A stretch of 52,283 nt of DNA, from assembly GCA_964652125.1 (NCBI GenBank), contig CAZZAE010000002.1, forward strand, positions 1 to 52,283, in the 5' to 3' direction. The translations under genes and the position numbers were made by a program. Position 1 is the stretch's first letter. Every line of letters starts with the position of its first letter. A model generated the notes under the pieces. It was not told the DNA's origin. It ran no database searches and worked only from the letters and a program-made list of their open reading frames with translations. This DNA comes from an uncultured Candidatus Saccharibacteria bacterium. GTDB lineage: Bacteria > Patescibacteriota > Saccharimonadia > Saccharimonadales > JANWIN01. Positions 27,530-35,534 of this stretch are shown one piece after another.

Positions 27530-27976
27530 ATGGTAGAAGTTATTCGACCGACTAAAAAACAGCGAGAGTTACTAACATATATAGAGCAGTTTATTACTGC
27601 GCGGGGTTATAGCCCGAGCTACCGTGAGATTATGAGCGGACTTAAATATACTTCTGTGGCAACTGTGGCTTTGCACGTTAATAGTCTTATTAAAAGAGGA
27701 CATCTTGTTAAACGTGATCATTCGGCTCGTTCGCTGGAAGTGGTAAATAAAGTTAGCGATACTAAGCTAGCTACCAATCAAGTTTCCGAAGCCGAAGAAA
27801 AATGGCTGGTTACCAAGGTAGATTATTTTTTTGATAGAGCCGAAAAGAGTAGTCAATTACCGCAGTCCGAACTTGATGAGTTGTATGTCTTAATCGGGGC
27901 CTTAAAAGTATTAGGCCTAGAGGGTGCAGCCCAATCTTTTATGCCTCGTTTGAGCAGTCTTAAAAAGAAAGCCTGA
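27530..27976 (+). CDS. LexA-N-terminal-domain (winged helix) DNA-binding protein lacking an S24 peptidase domain
   Basis: KKQRELLTYIEQFITARGYSPSYREIMSGLKYTSVATVALHVNSLIKRGHLVKRDHSARSLEV matches the LexA DNA-binding domain pattern. The remaining roughly 75 aa are helical/acidic, with no Ser-Lys dyad motifs. Confidence 0.7.
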   Translation: MVEVIRPTKKQRELLTYIEQFITARGYSPSYREIMSGLKYTSVATVALHVNSLIKRGHLVKRDHSARSLEVVNKVSDTKLATNQVSEAEEKWLVTKVDYFFDRAEKSSQLPQSELDELYVLIGALKVLGLEGAAQSFMPRLSSLKKKA

Positions 27977-28040
27977 AGGTAAAATTACTACAGTCATATG
28001 GTAGTTGCTTATGCTACTCTTATATTGTTAACAATTTTTA

Positions 28041-28192
28041 AGTCTGGAAGTGCGGTTAGAATCCGCAGGCAGTGCCGCTACGGTGATGTCCGTTTTTAAC
28101 GGAACAAGTCCGATACAGCAGTTAAGACTCCCGAGCAGGAGCGATTGAAACCGATTTTCAAAACCCTTGCTCATAACATAGCGAGGGTTTTT
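28041..28192 (+). promoter_or_regulatory. Candidate cobalamin-class riboswitch (short aptamer) with terminator/SD-sequestering expression platform
   Basis: P1 AGUCU (28041-45) pairs with AGACU (28125-29). The core is GGAAGUGCGGUUAGAAUCCGCAGGCAGUGCCGCUACGGUGA. A B12-box-like AAGUCCGAUACAGCAG lies at 28106-21. An 11-bp hairpin at 28161-28190 is followed by a U run and buries the SD GAGGG (28183-87). Alternative pairing of 28133-39 with 28166-72 is possible. Confidence 0.5.
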
Positions 28193-28194
28193 AA

Positions 28195-29637
28195 ATGGCC
28201 GAGACAGCCGAATTACTACAATCAAATTACATTCCCATTGACGCTTTTCCCGAACTGGCACACGCCCGACTTGTTGGTCGCCGAGAAGCTTATGAAATAC
28301 TTGAAGCCAATCGTCAGAATCTAATTGATGGCAATTTCGAAGCGGTATCTATTCCTGTAGATGCTATAGGCACGGCTCGTAGAGTTGTCCAAGCAGAAAA
28401 TATTTACGGAAGAAATAGTTTGGTGCGACAGGAACGCTTCGGGGGTTTGGTGCTGGATTGTAATCGACTCTTTGCTGAGGCAGTACGAGTTAATACTTAT
28501 GAATATTTTCCGCCTCTTACCCTAACCTATGATGAAGAATCCGAGGAGTACCATTCACACGGTCTGGCGGTTATGGAAATGACCCAAGCGGGACTATCGC
28601 CGGTTGCCAAACCGGAGGAAGTCGATCGCCGAATTAATGAACGAGTTGAGGAGGTTACTTATAAAACTATTAAACGTCTGGGCAATATATTGCTCGCTCA
28701 GTCCGTAGAAACTCAACCAGTTAAGCTTAGAACGATTTCCCAATGTGCTGATTGGGCTATTGATGAATATAACAAAATGGAAAAAGACAAACCTCGAGTC
28801 GGTTTTGGGGGTTACGCACCGCAAACTAAAAAATTAATGATTCGCGACACTCTGATTGACCCAAAGTCTAATGATCGGGCCGAGGAACAGATGGGTTTAT
28901 CAGGTGTTTATATTACTCACGAAGTTATTTCAGAAGCTTTGAAGCGACAGGGACTGCGCCAGGAAATTGCAACCAAAACTGAACTTCAAGGAGCACAACT
29001 CAAAGTTGATGATGACATGCTCGACTTTGTCATGCTACTCGATAGTGTTGCTAGTGAACATAGTGGTCTCAATATTTACTTAGGTGAAGTTTTGCCAGCT
29101 GGCAAACAGAAAGATTATGAGCACGTGAGGGAAGAGGCGATAGAGCGTCAGCAGGCACTTAATGACTTGGCTTATGGCTTAGCCGAGTTTGTTATCGGGC
29201 TGGAAAGAGATGGGACTGATAGGTGGGCAGCAGTTGGGATAGTTGAAGCTGAGGTCAAGCGAGTACTCATAGACATGGCGGATCAGGACAATACTCTGGC
29301 ATACGACATGTTTGATTACCAAACTGAGCGAGGTTTGCAAGAGGTAGCTTATCTGCGCTCGATTGGTCAATTTGATGCTGCTCAACTTCGACTTGATCAG
29401 GTAGCTGAACAAGCTCCCTCACCGGGCTATTGCGGGGCTGGCAGTTGCGGACTAGAGGAAATAAGGCAAGGCAGTAAAGAGGCAAAAGCTTTGGAGGAAA
29501 TGGGATTAAATCCATCAAATAGTTTGATTGATAAAAAAAGGGTATGTCGAAAGTGCAATGCCAAGAAGGTTGCCTATGCTCTAAATGACAAGAAAAAAGC
29601 CTGCTTAGATTGCAAAGCTAGGGCAGACCTTCGATAA
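28195..29637 (+). CDS. Orphan cytosolic protein with C-terminal CxxC...CxxC zinc ribbon (function unknown)
   Basis: 480-aa uninterrupted ORF with no TM or signal peptide. Acidic helical body. Cys pair PGYCGAGSCG, then CRKC-x15-CLDC at the extreme C-terminus. SD GAGGG lies 7 nt upstream of the ATG. Confidence 0.7.
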   Translation: MAETAELLQSNYIPIDAFPELAHARLVGRREAYEILEANRQNLIDGNFEAVSIPVDAIGTARRVVQAENIYGRNSLVRQERFGGLVLDCNRLFAEAVRVNTYEYFPPLTLTYDEESEEYHSHGLAVMEMTQAGLSPVAKPEEVDRRINERVEEVTYKTIKRLGNILLAQSVETQPVKLRTISQCADWAIDEYNKMEKDKPRVGFGGYAPQTKKLMIRDTLIDPKSNDRAEEQMGLSGVYITHEVISEALKRQGLRQEIATKTELQGAQLKVDDDMLDFVMLLDSVASEHSGLNIYLGEVLPAGKQKDYEHVREEAIERQQALNDLAYGLAEFVIGLERDGTDRWAAVGIVEAEVKRVLIDMADQDNTLAYDMFDYQTERGLQEVAYLRSIGQFDAAQLRLDQVAEQAPSPGYCGAGSCGLEEIRQGSKEAKALEEMGLNPSNSLIDKKRVCRKCNAKKVAYALNDKKKACLDCKARADLR

Positions 29638-29646
29638 TACTACTCT

Positions 29647-30261
29647 ATGAAGCAACAGCGAATTGGAATTTTTAGTGGTGTTTTTGACCCAATCCATGCC
29701 GGTCATATCGGTTTTGCCCTGGCTGCGGCCGAAAGTGCCAAACTAGATGTAGTCTATTTTTTAATAGAATCAAGTCCGAGAAGAAAGATTGAAGTTACTC
29801 ATCCGGCTCACAGAATTGCCATGGCCAAGTTAGCGCTTGAGGCACACTCTAAACTCAAATTATTAGAACTTCCAGATAAACAATTATCTGTAGCCAAAAC
29901 ACTGCCCAGGCTAAACCAACATTTCTCTCGGGAGGAATTAGTATTCCTAGCTGGATCAGACATGCTTCACCATATGCCGTCGTGGCCGCTAATAGATCGT
30001 TTGTTGAGTCAAATGGAACTAGTAGTTGGGACAAAAGGTGACTCGAGTATTAACCAAATTAAGACACTGATTAAATCCTTACCAGGTTCGCCCAAAGCAT
30101 TATTTGTTATTAATAGCCCTAATCCAGATATTTCCTCAAAAAATATTAGGCAGCAATTACAAAAAGGAGTTTCAGTAGATGATCTACTTCCAAGTGTAGA
30201 TAGCTACATTAAAAAGCATTGGCTCTACGCTTCGCCCTCAGTGACCATTTCTTCTTCGTAG
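29647..30261 (+). CDS. nadD: Nicotinate-nucleotide adenylyltransferase
   Basis: 204 aa. IGIFSGVFDPIHAGHIGFA is the (H/T)xGH nucleotidyltransferase motif. A distal ISSKNIRQ matches the ISSTxxR-like motif. Confidence 0.85.
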   Translation: MKQQRIGIFSGVFDPIHAGHIGFALAAAESAKLDVVYFLIESSPRRKIEVTHPAHRIAMAKLALEAHSKLKLLELPDKQLSVAKTLPRLNQHFSREELVFLAGSDMLHHMPSWPLIDRLLSQMELVVGTKGDSSINQIKTLIKSLPGSPKALFVINSPNPDISSKNIRQQLQKGVSVDDLLPSVDSYIKKHWLYASPSVTISSS

Positions 30262-31934
30262 TGGCTATGTAAATATGCCAAGTGTTTTTCTCGGTATTGT
30301 TTGAATTCGCTTTTCTTAAGACCACTACGCTTTATTATTGAACTTATTTTTTCACTACCAATGTAATGTGGCATCATTACATAGCTGGCTCCCAGGCTAT
30401 ACAGTTCTTCAGCCTCGGCTACGTTATCAGCGTGGCAAATTATAACTGCACGGCTATTTTTCTTGGCCAGCAGGCGGACTAAAAAGACAGTCGAGTCAAA
30501 GTCGGTAATAGTAGAGACCACTAACTTGGGCTTTTCCAGTCCAATTTCCTCAAGCAACTCGATGTCGGTAATATCGCCGTAAAGGTACTCTATTTTTTGA
30601 TGCTCTAATATATCTATAACTTCAGGGTCATAGTCGACTACCACGTAACTGCGCTTTAGATTATCAAACAATTTTATAAATTCGGAGCCACCTTTGTGAT
30701 AGCCAAAAAGTACCAAATCAAACGTACGTCGTCGGTCTGGCCCTGCTGAGCGAACTTTACGGCGCTCAAACATAGCCAAGTCTACTTCAAATAGTTCATA
30801 GAGTTTATCGGCGTAGATAATCATATAGGCACTAACCGCAATAGAAATTAGGGCAATGATTGTAATCGTGGCGACCAAATCATTGGACACCAAACCTTGT
30901 TTGTTGCCCAATATTATAAAGACTAGTGAGAACTCACTCACTTGGGCCGTAGCAACTGCTGTTTTGAAACTGGTGTTTTTGGTGTAGCCCATAAATCCCA
31001 TGATGGCCAGTACCACCAGAGGCTTGATTACGATTACGACAAAGCTACCAATAACAATGGCTGGCAGAAGTATGCCAATATGTCCAAAATTTAGCTGTGA
31101 CCCAAGAGTTATAAAAAATACTATGATGAAAAAGTCTCTCAGTGGTCTGAGCCTGGCACTTATTTCTCTGGTAAAAGGTAAGCTCGCTAAAGCAACACCG
31201 GAAAGTAGGGCTCCCATTTCCAATGAAAAACCGGCTCGCTCAAACAAAGCAGCAAATCCAAATCCCCAACCTATTGCAAATAAGAACAATAATTCCTGGC
31301 TGCCAGCAATAAATTTATGTACTCTTGGCAATATCACCATGCCGACAAAAAACATCGGTATAGTGATAGCTGAACCTTTGAGAACTAATAAGCCAAGTTC
31401 ATTAAGCGTAAAGCCATGCTCAGAGGCCCGGGCCGTAACAAACAACAGTGCCGTAGCCGCTACCACGTCTTGAACCAGTAATATTCCAGTTACAACTTTG
31501 CCGTATAGACGAGTTTGTTCTTTTTTATCACTCAGCAGCTTTAAGATAATAATTGTGCTGCTAAAAGCTAGAGCTACGCCAAAAAATAGCGAGGCTGTTG
31601 GGCTATAGCCCAATGTTAAGCCCCCACCGTAACCAATAGCTACACTCAAGACAACTTGTAAAAAACCAGTAATAGCGGCTACCTTGCCTACCTCTTTTAT
31701 AACTTTAGGATTTAAGCCCAGGCCAATAATGAAAAGTAGCAGAGCGATACCAATACTTGAAAAGGCATCGATAGTCTGGGGGGATTTAATCAAGTGCAGA
31801 ACCGATGGTCCAACAATGATACCGGTAATAATATGGCCAATAATTAATGGTTGACGGATTAGTCGCATAATTATGGCCACCCCAGCACCCAGGGCAATAA
31901 TTAAACTCAATTCCGCAAAAATGCTTTCGTGCAT
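30225..31934 (-). CDS. Monovalent cation:proton antiporter-2 (Kef-type) with C-terminal TrkA-N/RCK domain
   Basis: 569 aa. About 12 TM helices of the Na+/H+ exchanger family, then the Rossmann-like FDLVLFGYHKGGSEF...VVVDYDPE. Confidence 0.85.
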   Translation of the reverse strand: MHESIFAELSLIIALGAGVAIIMRLIRQPLIIGHIITGIIVGPSVLHLIKSPQTIDAFSSIGIALLLFIIGLGLNPKVIKEVGKVAAITGFLQVVLSVAIGYGGGLTLGYSPTASLFFGVALAFSSTIIILKLLSDKKEQTRLYGKVVTGILLVQDVVAATALLFVTARASEHGFTLNELGLLVLKGSAITIPMFFVGMVILPRVHKFIAGSQELLFLFAIGWGFGFAALFERAGFSLEMGALLSGVALASLPFTREISARLRPLRDFFIIVFFITLGSQLNFGHIGILLPAIVIGSFVVIVIKPLVVLAIMGFMGYTKNTSFKTAVATAQVSEFSLVFIILGNKQGLVSNDLVATITIIALISIAVSAYMIIYADKLYELFEVDLAMFERRKVRSAGPDRRRTFDLVLFGYHKGGSEFIKLFDNLKRSYVVVDYDPEVIDILEHQKIEYLYGDITDIELLEEIGLEKPKLVVSTITDFDSTVFLVRLLAKKNSRAVIICHADNVAEAEELYSLGASYVMMPHYIGSEKISSIIKRSGLKKSEFKQYREKHLAYLHSHYEEEMVTEGEA

Positions 31935-32047
31935 AGTTATCTCAATTTTACAGCATAAGCGCTACATAAAAAGCCATTGACAAACACTAGCGTTATATGC
32001 AAGTATTAATGGACTTCAGGTACCATCAATATTGATGTTTCCGAAGA

Positions 32048-32076
32048 CAAAAATTAACCGGCTAAAAATCAGCTGG
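32048..32076 (-). terminator. Second, weaker hairpin/terminator (minus strand)
   Basis: On the minus strand, CCAGCT-GATTTTT-AGCCGG (one G:U pair) is followed by TTAATTTTTG. Confidence 0.4.
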
Positions 32077-32081
32077 CAAAC

Positions 32082-32114
32082 AAAATAAAAAACACCACTG
32101 AGACTTTGGTGTTT
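32082..32114 (-). terminator. Rho-independent terminator (minus strand)
   Basis: On the minus strand, AAACACC-11 nt loop-GGTGTTT is followed by TTTATTTTG. Confidence 0.6.
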
Positions 32115-32287
32115 GGGTGTGGGAGGATATGGCACAATGCCTATAAAAATAAAAACAATTTCAAGGAGTTATATAGTGGAAGTCAAAGTACGACGGCCGA
32201 AGTGGCAACAGTTTATATCTTATTAGCTTGTTTATGCTAATTCAAAAAAAGCAGTTTCTAATCTCAAAATTCTAATCCAGGAAGGCA

Positions 32288-32932
32288 TTATTTCTTGGAT
32301 TTTGCTGCTATGGCATCAACAATCAGCTGATTAAATGCAGCTTGGCTGGTGGGATTTTTATCTAGTTTAGTGCCGTTGATCACAAATGTCGGTGTGCCAT
32401 TAACACCAATGTCATTACCAGCCTTAATATCGGCATTAATAACATCGTTTACGGTCCCACTGGCATAGTCACTATTGAACTTATTAACATCTAGTCCTAG
32501 CTGCTGAGCATAGCTTTGAAAGAATGTCAGTGGATTACTTGCTACTGACCATGAGCTCTGCTGATCATAGAGGGCATCATGCATCTCAAAATACTTGCCC
32601 TGCATACCAGCGGCTTCTGCAGCCCGGGCTCCGGCAAAGGCATTTTGGTGAAGCTGGGTTAGAGGATAATTACGGAACTGGAAAAATATGTCGGTTTTGT
32701 ATTTTGCCACTACAGCTTTGACTACTGGGTAAAAGGCTTCGCAAGCTGGGCACTGGTAATCGCCATACTCAATTAACGTTACACCTTTTTTACCTTGACC
32801 TTCAATATGTTGGCTGGCGGCTGCGCCGTTTGTTTGACCACCAGGGGCAGAAGCGTTTTTGTTAGTAAGCCAGAAGATAATACCAAGTCCTACGATGATT
32901 GCTGCTAGTACTGCTAAAAAGCGTTTGCTCAT
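32288..32932 (-). CDS. Membrane-anchored DsbA-family thiol:disulfide oxidoreductase
   Basis: 214 aa. N-terminal anchor FLAVLAAIIVGLGIIFWL. Thioredoxin-fold active site YQCPACEAF. SD GAGAGG lies upstream. Confidence 0.85.
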   Translation of the reverse strand: MSKRFLAVLAAIIVGLGIIFWLTNKNASAPGGQTNGAAASQHIEGQGKKGVTLIEYGDYQCPACEAFYPVVKAVVAKYKTDIFFQFRNYPLTQLHQNAFAGARAAEAAGMQGKYFEMHDALYDQQSSWSVASNPLTFFQSYAQQLGLDVNKFNSDYASGTVNDVINADIKAGNDIGVNGTPTFVINGTKLDKNPTSQAAFNQLIVDAIAAKSKK

Positions 32933-33086
32933 GCCGTAATACCTCTCAAGTTAGTATCACTATAATAATGTAAATAGCGAAAAAATTCACGTTGTAAAAT
33001 AATAGTACTAGCTGTGTCAAAGATGTTAAGAGCTAATCCTCTCACTTGGTAAGTTTTAAGCCAACAAGAATGGTAAGATGTTAGGT

Positions 33087-34127
33087 ATGATTATGCTTAT
33101 CTCGGCCCTGGTCCTTGCAATAATTACACTTCTGGCAGTGTCATTGCAAAAAGCTTACAGCCATATTCCAATAAAGGAACTAAAACGTCGGGCTCAGCAT
33201 GGCGATGACTTTGCTAATTTGCTATTCAAGGCTGCCACTTACGGCGACAGTGTTCATGTCCTACTTTGGGGAATTATTGGACTAAGTGCGGCTGGATTTT
33301 TTGTAATAATCGCCCATGCTCTACCTACATGGCTGGCTTTGATTGTGTCCTTAGTACTGCTTTGGCTCGGCTTTGCCTGGTTACCCAACACCCGCTTGAG
33401 TGGCTTAAGTAAAATCATTACCCGTTATTTTACATCTCCTCTAACTTGGTTACTGGGACACTTGTACCCAATACTTAATCGAATTGCAGATCGAGCGAGT
33501 AAACATATTAATGTTGGATCTCATACTGGTTTATATCAAAAAGAAGATTTACTTAATTTACTTGAAGCTCAAAAATCCCAAGCCGATAGTCGCTTTACTG
33601 CCGATGAGTTACGCATTACAGCTGGGAGTCTGACTTTTGGCGATAAATTAGTGCGGGATGTTATGACCCCGAGGCGAATTGTTAAAGCTGTGGCCACAAC
33701 CGATTCTATGGGCCCACACTTAATGGATGAACTTCATGCTAGTGGGCATTCGCGCTTTTTAGTCTATCAGGATAAGCCAGATAACATTGTTGGTATGCTC
33801 TACGCGCGTGATCTTATGTCGGCAAGTACTGGTGGTCAAGTCCGAGATCTTATGAAAAAGGAAGTTTATTATGTCCATGAAGAGCAGTCCCTAAAACAAG
33901 TTTTGAGTGCGTTTTTAAAGACCAAACACCATTTGTTTGTGGTGGTAAATGCCTTTGAGGAAATTGTTGGTATTATTTCCATTGAAGATATTTTGGAACA
34001 AATATTGGGCAAACCCATAATTGATGAGTTTGATAAGTATGATGATTTGCGAGCCGTGGCAGCGCAGGGAGCTAAAGCCGAACATCAAAATCAGGTTCCA
34101 GAAGAAGCTTCTCCAGATAAGTCTTAG
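33087..34127 (+). CDS. CNNM/HlyC-CorC-type membrane protein (DUF21 + CBS pair)
   Basis: N-terminal 3-4 TM region (DUF21-like), then a CBS pair (VRDVMTPR...IVGIISIEDILEQILG). The ATG at 33087 is preferred because TGgTAAGAT (33071-79) overlaps the ATG at 33078; the start is ambiguous by 9 nt. Confidence 0.8.
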   Translation: MIMLISALVLAIITLLAVSLQKAYSHIPIKELKRRAQHGDDFANLLFKAATYGDSVHVLLWGIIGLSAAGFFVIIAHALPTWLALIVSLVLLWLGFAWLPNTRLSGLSKIITRYFTSPLTWLLGHLYPILNRIADRASKHINVGSHTGLYQKEDLLNLLEAQKSQADSRFTADELRITAGSLTFGDKLVRDVMTPRRIVKAVATTDSMGPHLMDELHASGHSRFLVYQDKPDNIVGMLYARDLMSASTGGQVRDLMKKEVYYVHEEQSLKQVLSAFLKTKHHLFVVVNAFEEIVGIISIEDILEQILGKPIIDEFDKYDDLRAVAAQGAKAEHQNQVPEEASPDKS

Positions 34128-34143
34128 GTGTTAGAATAATTTA

Positions 34144-35457
34144 ATGATACGAGTTTTAGCAGCCGATGTGCATCGTCATGCTGGCAAGCCGGTTAGTGTT
34201 CAGGGTTGGCTGCACAAAAAGCGCCTACTTGGTGGGCTGACTTTTATTAATATTCGCGACCGTAGCGGATTGATTCAAGCGGTAGTCAAAGACAAGGACC
34301 AAGTTGAAAAGTTACGTGGTCTTCAGATTGGTACTGTCTTACAAGTTGATGGCAAAGCTAAATCGGAACCTAGAGCTCCGGGTGGTGCTGAAATTCATGA
34401 ACCCAAGCTTGAGATTATTGTGCCAGTTAGCGATGAATCACCAATTGAAATAGACAAACCCTTGGATCATAAGCCAGATAACCTAGATACTCTGTTTGAG
34501 TATCGTCCGATTGGTCTACGTAATTTGCAAGAAACAGCTATCTTTAAAGTCCGATCTGCAATAACTAAGGCATTGCGAGAATATTTTTATAGTAATGATT
34601 TTACAGAAATTCACACTCCTAAATTGTTAGCTGCCGCTACAGAAGGTGGAGCTGAGGTGTTTAAAATTGATTATTTTGGCCAGGAAGCAACGTTGGCTCA
34701 AAGCCCCCAGTTTTATAAACAAATGTTGGTTGGAGTTTTTGAGCGGGTTTTTGAGATTGCTCCTGTTTATCGGGCGGAGCCAAGCGCTACCACGCGTCAC
34801 ATGACTGAATATACATCTGTTGATGGAGAGATGGGCTTTATTGATCTTAAAGGTTTAGAAACCTTTTTAAGTGGTCAGCTTAATTTTGTCGTTGATTATA
34901 TTTGGGAACACTGCAGCCAAGAGCTCAATATGTTAAGTGCCACTAAGCCCGTTTTGGCTAAGGAAATTCCTAGTCTTAGCATGGCCGAAATCCATGAAAA
35001 ATATTCCAAAGCTACAGGTAATAAAACCATTGACGAAAAAGATTTACGGCCCGATGAGGAGCGTTGGATTTGTGAATATGCCAAGGAACATTTAAAAAGT
35101 GAGGCCGTGTTTGTAACAGATTGGCCAACTAGCGATATGAAGTTCTATCATAAAGCCCAAGAGGGTGAGCCGGAACTAGCCGATCGCATTGACTTACTGT
35201 TTCGGGGTTTGGAAATAGTGACAGGTTCAACCCGCGAAAATCGCTACGATAAACTCGTAAAACAACTTAAGGAAATGGCTAAAGGTGATCCAGATAACCC
35301 AGGCTTTAAATACTTTTTAATGGCTATGAAAGCTGGTATGCCACCTCATGGTGGTTTTGGTATGGGACTTGATCGTCTTACAGAAAGGCTAGTGGGCCTC
35401 AATAACGTTAAAGAAGCAACTCTCTTTCCAAGGGATATTAATCGTTTAGCACCTTAG
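34144..35457 (+). CDS. aspS: Aspartate--tRNA ligase, archaeal/eukaryal type (class IIb, about 437 aa)
   Basis: An OB-fold N-domain, QSPQFYKQ, motif 2 APVYRAEPSATTRHMTEYTSVDGEM and motif 3 GGFGMGLDRL. It lacks the bacterial insertion domain. Confidence 0.88.
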   Translation: MIRVLAADVHRHAGKPVSVQGWLHKKRLLGGLTFINIRDRSGLIQAVVKDKDQVEKLRGLQIGTVLQVDGKAKSEPRAPGGAEIHEPKLEIIVPVSDESPIEIDKPLDHKPDNLDTLFEYRPIGLRNLQETAIFKVRSAITKALREYFYSNDFTEIHTPKLLAAATEGGAEVFKIDYFGQEATLAQSPQFYKQMLVGVFERVFEIAPVYRAEPSATTRHMTEYTSVDGEMGFIDLKGLETFLSGQLNFVVDYIWEHCSQELNMLSATKPVLAKEIPSLSMAEIHEKYSKATGNKTIDEKDLRPDEERWICEYAKEHLKSEAVFVTDWPTSDMKFYHKAQEGEPELADRIDLLFRGLEIVTGSTRENRYDKLVKQLKEMAKGDPDNPGFKYFLMAMKAGMPPHGGFGMGLDRLTERLVGLNNVKEATLFPRDINRLAP

Positions 35458-35534
35458 CTAGAGTCATTTTATGATTTGTTTTTAGTTTTAAGCTTATGCT
35501 TATATACTGTGTCTAAAGGAAGCTTCAATAAGCT

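Noticed and set aside
28024-28035. Perfect 12-bp palindrome ATTGTTAACAAT downstream of the LexA-like gene, with another, ATCAATATTGAT, at 32025-32036, considered as candidate operators
   Set aside because: In about 52 kb of AT-rich DNA, roughly a dozen or more perfect 12-bp palindromes are expected by chance. The two are unrelated in sequence and match no known LexA box.
28028-28261. 77-aa minus-strand ORF spanning the LexA-like/480-aa intergenic region
   Set aside because: It overlaps the start of the 480-aa gene and the structured leader. It has no SD or promoter logic, and the region is better explained as a plus-strand regulatory RNA.
29539-29547. RVC tripeptide near a zinc ribbon, superficially like the NrdD C-terminal glycyl-radical region
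   Set aside because: There is no RVxGY glycyl-radical motif, the protein is too short, and the N-terminal body shows none of the NrdD barrel motifs.
31000-31473. 157-aa plus-strand ORF, together with similar ORFs at 90-281, 1490-1741, 5021-5209, 5285-5512, 11446-11673, 12037-12294, 13799-14017, 15613-15849, 16677-16982, 20661-20930, 23348-23557, 28594-28824, 29179-29518, 36480-36779, 38527-38934, 39022-39460, 39603-40024, 41343-41552, 45426-45608, 48359-48674
   Set aside because: All lie antisense to, or out of frame within, longer ORFs that carry clear family motifs. Their compositions are low-complexity or biased, as expected from shadow frames.
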